A stretch of DNA of 32,111 nt, taken from Chrysochromulina tobinii. Lineage: Eukaryota. Position numbers and translations under genes: made by a program. Location of the stretch: contig JWZX01002036.1 of the NCBI GenBank assembly GCA_001275005.1, forward strand, positions 1 to 32,111. Reading direction: 5' to 3'. The notes under the pieces are model-generated. The model ran no database searches and had not been told where the DNA came from. It saw nothing but the letters and a program-made list of their open reading frames with translations. Of the stretch, positions 1-10,817 are shown piece after piece (position 1 is the first letter of the stretch; the number at the start of each line of letters is the position of its first letter).

Positions 1-68
1 CGCCTCCGCACGTGAGCCGAGGCCCTCACTCGCGCGCTGTGCGCGCGGCCGTGTGCAGACGCACGTAC

Positions 69-128
69 CTCCTCAATGCACCCGACCAGCTCGTTGTTGT
101 AGTTTTGCAAGGTAGCGCCCTGGGCCAT
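69..128 (-). CDS. SSNA1: Exon 1 of SSNA1/NA14/DIP13 (centriole/microtubule coiled-coil protein); gene continues off the left edge
   Basis: Minus strand from ATG at 128 reads MAQGATLQNYNNELVGCIEE, matching the SSNA1/DIP13 N-terminus (QGAxLQNYNNELVKCIEE). A phase-0 GTACGT donor follows at 68. Too short for the ORF track. Confidence 0.9.
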
Positions 129-330
129 TACGTATGCGCTCTCGAAAGTGCAGACGCTGGATCGTCCCTCGGTGAAACCGGATTCGCTGCGGAAGCCGTT
201 TCACGTCGTTTCATCGTGCTCGCGTCCTCGGTTTTTCCACGATCGCTCGGACCCCGCCTCTGGCAGGGCAGGCTTTAGAGGCTAAGGAGGGAACTTAATG
301 CAACTGAACTCCGCTTCAACAGCTGCGAAC

Positions 331-354
331 CTTGACTTGACTTGACTTGACTTG
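331..354. repeat. (CTTGA)4.8 pentanucleotide microsatellite in the divergent intergenic region
   Basis: cttgacttgacttgacttgacttg, 12 nt upstream of the ATG at 366. Confidence 0.9.
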
Positions 355-365
355 CTCTTCGCGCA

Positions 366-818
366 ATGGCCGACCAAGATGAGGAGAGCTCCGGCGACCC
401 CGCCGTCGATGCTGCGTTCCACCTCGCCCGCGCCCAGTTCAAGAGCAAGAAGCGCGAGGTCAAAACGGCGCGCGACAATATTCGCAAGCGGCAGGAAGAG
501 CAGGAGCGGCAGGAGCACGGCACTGCCGAGGAGCACACGAGGATAGTCAACACACTACGCCAGCAGCTGACCAAGGGCCAGGAAGCCCTCGAGTGCCAAA
601 AGCGTCGGCACGCCGAAATTGTGCTAGAGCTTGGCACCTTGCGTGGCCGGCTCACCCACGGGATCAAGGAGCAGAGCGAGTGGGAAAGTGCCCATAAGGT
701 ACGCGAGCAGGCGAACCTTGAAGCATGCCTCATCGAGCTGCGAAAGCTCAGGCGATTGAATCCGGATGCGGCAGCAGCGTTGGCGACGCGGCGGGGCGAT
801 GCACTCTTGGAGGGTTAG
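366..818 (+). CDS. Hypothetical coiled-coil protein, 150 aa
   Basis: ATG-initiated ORF rich in E/K/R/Q/L with heptad character, divergent from SSNA1. No family recognised. Confidence 0.65.
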   Translation: MADQDEESSGDPAVDAAFHLARAQFKSKKREVKTARDNIRKRQEEQERQEHGTAEEHTRIVNTLRQQLTKGQEALECQKRRHAEIVLELGTLRGRLTHGIKEQSEWESAHKVREQANLEACLIELRKLRRLNPDAAAALATRRGDALLEG

Positions 819-1469
819 ATTCTCACAGGGTCAACACGAACCAAAGCTATCGAGTACGTCGTGTCGCTGTTCGGTGAATCTGTCACGGCTTTCACGGGGC
901 GGGAGCGTCAGAAGCTCAGAACGCGGGATGCTCCGAGCGTCCGGGCCAGTTCTCTCCCAGTTCGGTGTATCGGAGTTTAGTACTTACATGAGCACGTATA
1001 CATGCACATGCAATCCGCGCACGGCTGTGGGACCGAAAGCCGAAACAGATCTGACAAACTTTGTCGAGCCTCATAGATGCACCGGGGAGCGGACCGGAGC
1101 GGGCCCGCGAAAGGTCTGCTGCAGGCGTGCAGGTCCTGCCGAGTCCGGCCCGGAGGCCACCGACCCGCCGCGCCCGGTTCCGGATCAAGATCGCCCGCGA
1201 CGACCCGAGCCGGCACGCGCCGCAGCCACACGCGAGGGCGCGGAATCGGCGATTGCGGATTTGAGATTCGTCGATGAGATTCGTCACGTTTCGGTTTGGC
1301 GATTCGACAAGATTCGTCACGATTCGGACGTTGCATCTGTAGCACCTTGCACCTTCATTCCCAAGTCGCCCCACGAGCACCAGCACTCTCTTCAAGTCAC
1401 ACCGGTTCTTGGGCCGAAGAGCGGCGCGGCGTCCTCCCGGGCGCGGCGTCCTCCCGTCCCGCGGCGCGC

Positions 1470-3369
1470 TCACCGGACCGCGAGGGAGGCCGCGACGATG
1501 CCGTGGTCGGAAGGGAAGCTGAGCGTTGGGAAGACCATATCCGTAATGTAGCGGCGCTCACCTGATGAGGGAGGCAATTGGTGGCCATCAGTGGCCATCA
1601 TTGGGAAGACCATATCCGTAATGTAGCGGCGCTCACCGGTATTGTCCTTGGTGGCGGCCTGGAGCGTGAAGGCGTTCTTCGAGAAGAGAATGAAATCCTT
1701 CGGGTTCTTGTCGCCCTTGCTCACCTTCTCATCGATGCGCGCCGCCTTTTGGAGTTGCGGCTGCAAGAAGGTGCGCGCGTTGTAAGTGGTATCGCTCTTG
1801 GGGTCAGGCCGGTCGCCCCAACATGAAGTGTACCCGTCGAGCACAAAGGCGGTCGCAAACTCGGCCACGCCCTGCTTCGAGCCACTGCCGACCTCATATG
1901 TGTTCGCGTCTAGCCCGAAGACGAGCCGGTGCTCCGGCATGGTGAGGGCAAGCTTGTGCAGGGCAGCGAGCACGGGGAGCGTCGCGAGACCGTTGGTGTC
2001 GCCGTGGAAGGAGGCTAGCAGGTATCTGGTGGCACTCGGGGACAGCAGAGGTCATCAGAGGTCATCAGAGGTCATCAGAGGTCATCAGAGGTCATCCGTG
2101 GCACTCAGGGGTCATCAGAGGTCATCCGCGAGCATACTTGCGGCCCATCAGGTCGTCGACGGACACGACGAGCAAATCACCGTCCGCGACCGGTACAGAC
2201 TTGTCGAAGCCGCCCATGACGGCGCTCGTGTGCTCGGCGAGGGTGGCCTCGTTGAAAAAGGCGCGCGAGAGCAGCACGATCGAGTTTTGGTCGCGCTTCG
2301 CGTCGAGGGTCGCCGCCTTGGCGAGGAAGAATCTCGAGGCGAGCGTTGGGTGGGCCTCGGTCGTCTTGACAAAGACGGAGGCGGTCTCCTGCAGGAAGAT
2401 GATGGTGGCATCGCTGTACGTGCGCGCGAGGATCGCGAGCGTGCGCTCGTTCTTGCGCCGATTGAGAGCGTCGCACATCTGCTGCTGCAGCCGCTGCCAC
2501 TTGGCGCCAGGGGAGACCGAGTTGACCACGTGGACTAGGACCGCGTCAAAGATCGCCTGGGCAAGGGTCTGAAGGGGCACCGAGATATTCTCCTCGGCCT
2601 CGGTGATCGCCGGGTACTTGGAGCGCTTGATCTTGGCCAGCATGGACGCGGGGATCGTTTGCGTCACGCCGCCGTCGCGCCCGGGCAGGGCGAGCGCCTT
2701 CTCAAACATGAACCCCTTCCACTCGGCCCACCAGCTAGGAATTGAGCTCATGTCACCCCCGAAGCAGTTGATGACCGTCGGGCGGTTGGCAACGCCGCCG
2801 CCCGCGACATTGATCGTGTTTGTCACGCGGTCCGGCATCGAGGTGAGCCGCTTCTCGCCCAGCGCACTGTCCTTGAGGAAGCCGCTGATGATCTTGCGCT
2901 GCGAAAGGTCGCTCGTCCACCGCTCCTCGACGGCATCGAGCCCGGGCCACTGGCGTGCCCCCATGAGCGCCTTGAGCTCACCAAACATGGCCGGCGTGAA
3001 CACCTGGCTCACGAGCACGTCGCGCTCGCCGGGCGCGTCGATGAAAGTCTGCACATCCTCCATCAGCTTGTTGTAGTCTGCGTCGTTGTGCGTGATCCAG
3101 TACTCGAACGGGTTGTTATTGATGGCCGCGATGTTCCAGGTGACGACGTTGAGCACGCCTGCGTCCGTCCATTCGCGCAGGAGCCCGTGCATCATCAGAC
3201 CGACCGAGGCGAAGAAGCAGCAGCTGAGCCCCAGCCAGCGGGCGCGCGATTGCGGTTTGCGTCGCGGAGCAGCATCCAGCAGCTCGCCGTCGGTGTCCTC
3301 GCACGAGTCCTCGCACGAGTCCTCGCTGACCATCCGGTTGCGCATTGGCCTGTCTCCGGGCCTATCCAT
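1470..3369 (-). CDS. Endonuclease/exonuclease/phosphatase (EEP, DNase I-like fold) protein with predicted N-terminal TM helix; exons 3369-2138, 2025-1637, 1561-1470
   Basis: EEP motifs in order: TWNI, IIFLQE, SFHGDT, GLDANT, KDFILF, PSDH. Removing GT-AG intron 2137-2026 joins the 415-aa and 167-aa ORFs in frame (LMGRK|YLLASFHGD). Removing 1636-1562 deletes a duplicated peptide. Hydrophobic stretch WLGLSCCFFASVGLMMHGLL. Confidence 0.8.
1562..1636 (-). other. 75-nt GT-AG intron whose first 36 nt duplicate the downstream exon
   Basis: GTGAGC...CCTCATCAG; perfect 37-nt direct repeat at 1526-1562 and 1601-1637. Confidence 0.75.
2026..2137 (-). other. 112-nt GT-AG intron made almost entirely of 10-mer tandem units (TGATGACCTC / TGAGTGCCAC)
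   Basis: GTATGC...CCACCAG; splicing restores the reading frame. On the + strand it reads as (gaggtcatca)n. Confidence 0.85.
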
Positions 3370-3794
3370 GCACGTGCGGAGAGTCGTTGTCGGAGATTCT
3401 GCATCTTGACGGGCCGATAGTCGGCCCTGTCGCTGCCTCCCTGCCTTCGCGATGACTTCACAGAGTGGAGTGTGAAATCAAAAAGTCAGAATACCGTCGT
3501 CGCCCCCCCGCGCTCACCACACCAAAAGGTACTGTGAAAAATCTTTCAGCCAAATTTTGAGTCTCCGACGCGGTCTATAAGGACTACCTCATCAAAAGTG
3601 TTCACACGTGCATGGCTGCCATGCCGCCAGCGTTCGCCATGCGCGCCGAAGCTGTGTATGAGTTTCCCACCCCACGTAAACAAGCAAGTCCCTTCCGTTC
3701 TCCGGCGGCACGACGAGCTAGAACCGTCGGTTATATTGGTGCGTGGCACAGCCTGGGGGGCCTCGCCCAAAGGGGCAGCGGCTCACGGGGCCTT

Positions 3795-6700
3795 TCACGC
3801 GGCCCTGCCTGGTGCGGCGCAGAGGTAACGCTCCACGTCCTTGGCGACGGCCTCGAGCGGATGCTGCTCCGTGGACGCCTGGAGCAGTGCGTGGTGGTAC
3901 TTGGGCACCTCGCCTAGTGCAGTGAAGCGCAATCGATCGGCGGCAGAGAGCTGCCCTAGGAAGAGCTCGAGCCCCTGGGCGTCGGTCTGCTGGCTGCCCA
4001 TGCGCTCGAGCACATCGCGTCTCTGGCTATGCTTGGTCCACGCGATGGGCAGGTAGTCGGTCGCGAGGATCGCGTCACACAGCCAGAGCATTGCGGGCTG
4101 CGCGAAGATGTCGACCTTGAGGCGCGACGCGGCTACAAGCACTTCGGGCAGCCCGCGAGGTCGCACCTGCAGCGACGCGTGCCGGAAGTGGTGCGATGCC
4201 TTTGTGAGCTCCGCACTCTTTTGCTTGGCGGCGGCGCGCACCGCAGCCGAGCATCCCCCCACTACCGAGCCCCCCCCAACCCCTTGGACGCCTCCGAGGA
4301 CCCCGTACTCCGTGTGCTCCTCGCGAAGGCTAGGCCGCCGCCCCAGCGCCATCTCCTTGCGCGCGCGAGCGAGGGTCGCCTGGGATGGCGGCGCCGCCCG
4401 AGCACCACTCACAGCGCCCGGCATGGGCGCGCCCGTCGCAGCGCCCGAGCGGAAGTCGATGAGGCGCTGCTGCTCAGTGAGGAGCTCAGCGGGCACCTCG
4501 CGCGTGCGCGTGCGCGACGCGAGGCTGAAGAAGACGATCGTCTCGTTCTCGCCCGCAAAGAGCATCCAGTCCTCGACAGAGGTCCATGGGCGTGGCTTGT
4601 CGCGCCGGCGCCGCTCAGAGGCGACCATCTGGGCAAAGACGGGCAGCAGCGGGTGCTCGGCAAGCAGCGCGCCGCTCACCGTGTGCTCGTAGTAGTACTG
4701 GTCGTCCGTCCCACGGCCCGCAAGCGGCGGCTGGTCGTAGGACAAGTCCCACTCGAGCGCCCTCGATGCGTGCCGAGGCGAGGCGAGGCCCGCCGCTTGC
4801 ATCTGAGATGGTATCTGAGATTGCATCTCGGCGGATCCATGCACGGCGCCGCCAACTGGCGAGCGTGCGAGTGTGGTCGTACCCCCCACGAGAGCCGTGG
4901 CGGCAGGCTGGCGCGGCTTGAGCAAGGGCGAGGGCGAGGGCGGCGCGCGCCCTGGGTGGGCCTCGGCGCCCGAGACGGCGCTCTCGGTCGCGGATTTGGG
5001 GCGCTCGAGACGGCGCCAGAGCGGCGGGAGCGGCGCAGCGAGGGCTTCGACAGCGAGCCATGCGAGGTGGTACTCGGGCTCGCCGCCGCCGAGGGCGATG
5101 CCCAAGGTCGCGCACATCTCGACCACACGCTCGGGCGTGATCAAGCTCGTCACAGGCGCCGCCTCGTTGGCCGACGCCCCCTCTTCCACGCCGGCGGACG
5201 CGCGATCCGCGTCGTATTGAGCGCGTCGTCCCGAGCGTTCGGGTTCGAAGCCGAGCACTCTTGTCGCCTTGGGTGGAGTCCAGAGGGAAGGGTTGGGCGT
5301 GAGGAGCATCGTCGCCTTCACACGCGCGAGGGAGCCTTCCGGGTCGAGCACCCGCAACCCGCCGCCCGCCCCCGCCGTCCGTTTGGCGCCCACGACGACG
5401 CTCGGCGTCTTCGGACCACTTCGACCGACGCCGCCGCCCTTGCCGCCAAAGGGGCCGACGAACCCCTTGCCTCCAAGGCCGCCGCCCGGGCCACCGGCCA
5501 TCACGACGGCGCTCGCGCGCCGCGCGCCGATGGGCGACGAGGCGACCTCTCCGATCACATCGTTGCCACCCGCCTTGGGCACGAGACCCGCGACTGTGAA
5601 CGTGAGCTTGGCCGCGAAGTGCGAGATGGCGCATGCGAGCGTGCGGCGCGCGTAGACGAGGTCGCGGTGCTGGTAGAAGGCGCCGTGCAATTCTTCCGTG
5701 ATGAGCTTGCCCGCATTCTCGAGGGGAGGTTCGACCGGTAGCGACTTGACGGCAGAGAGGACGCTCATCGCGAGGGTCACCTCGGAGAGGGCGCGCTTGC
5801 CCGCCTCGCGCTGCTCGACGCACGGCAGCAGCCGACCCAGCGGTCCTTCGCACTCGCTCAGCGCCGCATCCACCTTCTCACGTGCCTCAGCGATCACGCT
5901 CGGCAACCATTCGAATTGCAGAGTTTCGTCATCGTCGGATGCGCGCTCGGGCACGAGCTTGAGGAGGCCCTCGCACTGCTTCTGCGCGCCCTTGGCGGTG
6001 GCAAGGCGCAGCTTGATCGGCTTGGTGCGCATCCCCAAGCAGCCCGGGAGCAGCCTGGACGCTTCGTTGCGCTTGGCGACGATGGCATCGTCGAGCGCCG
6101 AGCGCGCCGCCTGCGCCTCCGCCTTGCAGCCCTCGAGCTGTTCCGAGAGGACGCGGCGCACGTTGACGCGCTGCACGGGCGGCTCGTCCGTGGAGACGAC
6201 GCGGAACTCGAGCCTCTGCGCGGGGTGCATCCGGAGCGCGCGCGCGAGACGGCGCATGGGCACCTCGCCGTAGGGCAGTTCCTTGTGGAGCTGGTGCAGT
6301 AGCGAGGTTGAATCTCGGCTGGATGAGCCCTCCTCGTGATGGATCCGGATCCCAAAGTCGATGGCGCCGTCCTGAGCGAGCAGCTCGAGCCCGAGCTCGC
6401 CCATCTCGGCGCTCCCGCCCGATCCGAACGCCACGTCAAGCCGCTCGAAGCGGCTGGCGTGCACGCCGCACGCCTCGGCGAGGTCCGGCAGCAAGTGCTC
6501 GCGAATCGCCGCAAGGAGGGAGGCGGCCGTGGTGGTCGGGGGCAGGCTCGAGAGCCCAGCCGGGCGCAGCACGAGGGAGCATGGGGGCGAGCGCGTGCAC
6601 GGCGCGAGAGCATCGAGCACGCTCGCCATCCCGCGCGCCTCCGCCTGTGTGCGCTGGAGCGCAGCGTACTGCTTCGCGGGCGCGCGTGTGCCGCGCAGCA

Positions 6701-9700
6701 CCGTGAGCGCCGTGATGCGCTCCATGCGCGCCATGCCCCAGCGGCGCCACTGGCAGCGCTGGCGCACGAGCGCGAGCACGTGACGCTCGCCGGTGGCGGC
6801 GGCCAGCACCCCAAGGAGCTCATGGTGCACGGGCAGGTGGTGCATGGCCTCGGTCGCCTCGGCGCGCAGAGAGGGCATGCGAGCGGCGAGGCGCGAGGCG
6901 CGATCTCGACGGCCTTGGACCTCACTCGGCTTCGCCTGCGCCTCGGAGATCGCGAGCTCGGTCGAGGCCGTCTCGAGAGCCTTCCACGCGCCCCGCAGCG
7001 CCTCGGTGGCCGCGGCCGCGTCGGCGGCCGCGCGGCGGGACCCCTCGCCGAGCAGCAGGCTCATCCCAAGGAGCATCGGGTACGAGATCGGGTGCGAGAT
7101 CTCGATCTCGGCCGCGAGCGCCTGCGCCGCCGCACATTGCGCTCGCCGACTGACAAGGGCCTCGAGCTCCGCCATCGCCGTCTCGGCGTGGCGCGAGGCA
7201 GCCTCAATCTTCGACGAGGCGGCGGCGACGAGCCGCTTCGCTTCGGGCACGCCCCCCGAGGGGAGCGGCAGCCCCCCTCGCTGGCCCTCGATCTCCTCGA
7301 TTTGGAGCAAGCCTGCGAGCTCACCCTGGCCGCGGCTCACCCGCAGCTGCGCCTGCATGAGCTCGCGCAGCCGCGGGCGTGAGGTGGCGACCGCGGCGTG
7401 CGCCGCCTCGAAGGCTCGGGCCACTCCGGGCTCGCGGGCGTCGAGGAAGGCCTCGAGGGCATGGTGCTCGGGCGCGGTGCGCTGCATGAGCAGCGCGTGC
7501 CGGTGCTCCTCGTAGAGCGACTGGAAGAGCTCATTGTGCGCGAGCCACAGCCGCACGCGCCGCTGGAACTTGACAATGTAGTTGAGCGCGTGCCCCGTGC
7601 CGTCGGCCGAGAAGTTGCGCAGGAAGGCGCTCTGCTTGAGCTTGAGCCTCCTCTTGACCATGCGCGAGAGGGCGCCGCGCATGACGCGCGTGAGAAAGTC
7701 GCCCGCCGCGTACTCGCGCAGCGCCGAGCGGAGCGCCCTCAGCCGACGCTCGCGCTTCTCCGCGGCCGCCCGCTCACCCAGCCGCAGCCGCTCCTCCTGC
7801 CGCCGACGCACGAGCTCCGCGGCGCGCCTCTCGCGCTCCTTCTCCATCTGCGCGTGCGCGAGGTTGACGAGCTTGAGGGCCAACCCACCCACAAGCAGCT
7901 TGTTCTTGTAATAGTACTGGACCACGCGTGCGGCCGCCTCCTCCTTTGCCCGCATGCGCATGCGCACGCGACGGAGCAGCGCCGTCCGCCGGTAGCTCAT
8001 CTGGCACATGGCGGCCGCGCGCTCGGCGCGCCACTGATGGCGCTTGCGCTGCATAAAGCCCGCCACCCCCTCGTCGCCGTAGAAGACGGAGGCGAGCACT
8101 CGCCAGTTGGCCGCAGCGGCCGCCTCGGCCACGACCTCAGCCGGCGCGCCAAAGGGCGTGCGCTCGGGCAGCCGCTGCAGCCGGAGCGCGACGCCGACCT
8201 CGACGGCGCTCAGGGCCGCCGCCTGCTTGGCGGTGACCAGCCGGTGGAGCGCCGTCTCGGCAGCACGCAGGCGCGGCAGCTCTTCGGTCGTCGGCGCGAA
8301 CGGGCTGCCCGGCTCAAACCAGCGGAGAGCGAACGGGTCGGACATCGAGGGGAGCGGCAGCCGCCACACGTCCGAGAGCAGCTTGAGGAGATAGTCATGC
8401 CCGTCCCACAGCCCTGCCGCCTCGCGTGAGCGTTGCATCGAGCCGGGCGCCGCCGTCGCGTAGTGGAGTGTGTACGACGAGAAGCTCACGCCGCCCCACC
8501 CCTCGCGCTCCTTGTCCTTGCCGCCACAGCCGCCACTACCACCACCACTGAGGTCGGAGCGCAAGCGCGAGAGGCCCACTGACTGCTGCGCGGCGGCCGC
8601 TGGCCGTAGCCCCGGGAACTTGCCGGCCGCCGCGGGGGCAGTGGGCGCGTCGCCGTCGGCGGCGCTCGCCTTCTGGCGGCGAGGCGGCGGCTGCGACTCC
8701 GCTATGGACACGTCGCCGTAATCACGCGCCGCCGCTCGCAGCCGGCGCTGGCGCAGCGCGTGCAGCGATCGCTTCTCGCCGAGGAGCCGTTGGCGCCGTT
8801 GCTCGAGAGCATGTCGGTGCTCATGGGTGCGCCGGCTGGCGGCGGCCACGGCGGCCTGCCAGCTTAACAATGCCTCGACGATCGCGACGCCCGTGCGCCG
8901 CAGTGCGGTCAGGCACTCCGCCGCGGCGCGTACCACATTCGACGGCAGCGCGACGGCGCCATGAGCGGCGCCATGAGCGGCGCCATGAGTGGCGTTATGA
9001 GCGGCGGCGCCTTCGACGCCGCCCTCGTCAGCACCTGCCCCTGCACCGGCACCGGCACCGGCGGCGTTTGCCGCGTAAAAGCCGCCGAGGCGCAGCGCCA
9101 TGTTGAGCGCTTGCTCGACGACCTGCTCGCGCTCCTGGCAAAGGATCACCCAGCCCGCCGGCAGACGAGCGCCGCCGGCCGCGCCGCCAGCCGCGCCGCC
9201 GAGTGTGGGGAGCGCTCTGCTGCCCTCGTCGTGGGTGGAGCCCGCGACGGCGCTCGGCGCGGCTGGTGCGGAAGCGGCGCACGGCGCGCCCGCAAAGGCA
9301 ACGGCGGCGGGCGGCGGCGGCGGCAAGGCGGTGTGCGAGAGCTTTGGCAGCGGCATGCGCTCGCTCAGCGCCGTGTCGGGCACGCGCTCGGTCAGCGCGG
9401 GCATCCGCGTCGGCAGCTGTCGGGAGAGAGGACGCAGAGGGCCGTGCGGCAGACGGGCGGAGAGCGTGCGCGCATCGAGCGAGTGCATTGCGGCCACCGC
9501 GAGGGAATCGCCCGCCGAATAGAGGAGCGCCATCTGAGAGAGGTCGAGCTTTGGCACCTTGTATGTGCTCCCCACCTCCTTGCGACGCTTCTTGATTCCG
9601 TCGGGCACGCTGCGCCAGATCATCCTTGCGAGAGAGAGGGGCTCTGCGCGTAGCCCGACACGCGAGCGACGCGCGGGCGTGTCGATCCGCTGCGTCAAGG

Positions 9701-10248
9701 CGCGCTGCCAGTCGCCCTCGCCATCAAGCACGCGTCGCGACGAAACGACCTTTGGCGCCTCTGGCAGAAGCGACTTGGAGGCCGCCGGCGCCTCCACCGG
9801 CGCCTCGACACGCACCTTCCTCGGCACGCGCCGCGCCGGCGGCTCGCTCGGTGGGGGTGTGGGCGTTGGCTTCTTCGGTGGCCGCTTCGGCGGTGGCGGC
9901 TGGTCGCGCACGTCGACCGACGAAGGGATGGTCTGCAGCGTGGCGCTCGGACCTGCTGCTTTGGCCGTGGCTGCGGCCTCATCCGCCAAAGCAGCCTCGG
10001 CGGCAAGAAACCTCAGCCTTGCAATCTCAGCCGTGCTGGCAGCATTCTCAGCCGAGTCGGCCTCCGCGGCTGCCTCCGAGCGCAGTGCGGCCGCCTCTGC
10101 TGCCATCGCGGCGAGGTCCTCCTCCTGGTCAAACTCGTCACCGTTGTCGCTAAACGCGCCATCCTGCGGTGTGGCACCAGAGGTCCGGGTCAGGACATGT
10201 CATCAAGGCGAAGGGCGGGATCGCCACGCAGCGCACCTCCGAAAGCAT
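3795..10248 (-). CDS. Large (~2,130 aa) IQ-like/coiled-coil protein with two C-terminal CEP164-like WW modules; exons 10248-10237 and 10163-3795
   Basis: The 2103-aa ORF extends upstream to a CAG acceptor at 10164. A 12-nt first exon ATG CTT TCG GAG|GTGCGC gives MLSE|DGAFSDNGDEF. IQ-like segments: AARVVQYYYK, IVKFQRRVRLW. Two modules resemble the CEP164 N-terminal helix+WW pattern: EMCATLGI..LAWLAVEALAAPLPPLW..YYYEH..EHP and AASRLKVD..MLWLCDAILATDYLPIAW..YHH..QHP. Confidence 0.7.
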
Positions 10249-10817
10249 TGCGTTTGTGAACACTGAACAGGCTTCAACGAAACAGACGCCAACTTTTCCA
10301 GGTCGGCTGCCTGCAATGTTTCTCCGATGCTTATGTGCGCGCCCAAAACGAGGTGCAAGGTGACTAAGAGGAACTTTTCTTTTCCCATTCAGCAAGAAAT
10401 TAAAAAAGGGCGCCTTTATCTGCACAGTCGTGGTTACAGTCAGGGGTATCATAAGGGCAATGGGTTGGAGCGCTGTCTGACTCGGTTTAACGCTGCGAGG
10501 TGCGGTGTGAACAACTGTTTTGCTGTGGGGAAAGAGCGTCCAACAGCCGCGACTCCCAATCCTCGTGCGCTCGCCGATGCCGCGCCGATTGGCCGTTGCG
10601 ATCGGCCAAGGCGCTGCGCACGCCGCCCCGCGCGTGGGTCCAGCACCCTGGTCCCGATGGACCTCATGCCCCGCGCAGCTGCGCCTGCGCCGCGTCGCCA
10701 GCCGCTGCCGGCGCCCGGCAGCCGACGATTTGGGCTGCCAGTTGGCCCGTTGTGCCTCACACGAAGCGCGTCCCGCTGCGCCATTATCGCAGGCTGTCGA
10801 CACTCTCCTCTTCAATC

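Noticed and set aside
766..1551. 261-aa + strand ORF and clustered GATTCG repeats at ~1248-1327 as a gene or transposon
   Set aside because: No domain signature, it overlaps the ends of both neighbouring genes, and I found no terminal inverted repeats or TSD. It may be a repeat remnant but this is unsupported.
2038..2127. Regular repeat array as a possible CRISPR
   Set aside because: Units are contiguous 10-mers with no unique spacers, inside a spliceosomal intron of a eukaryotic gene.
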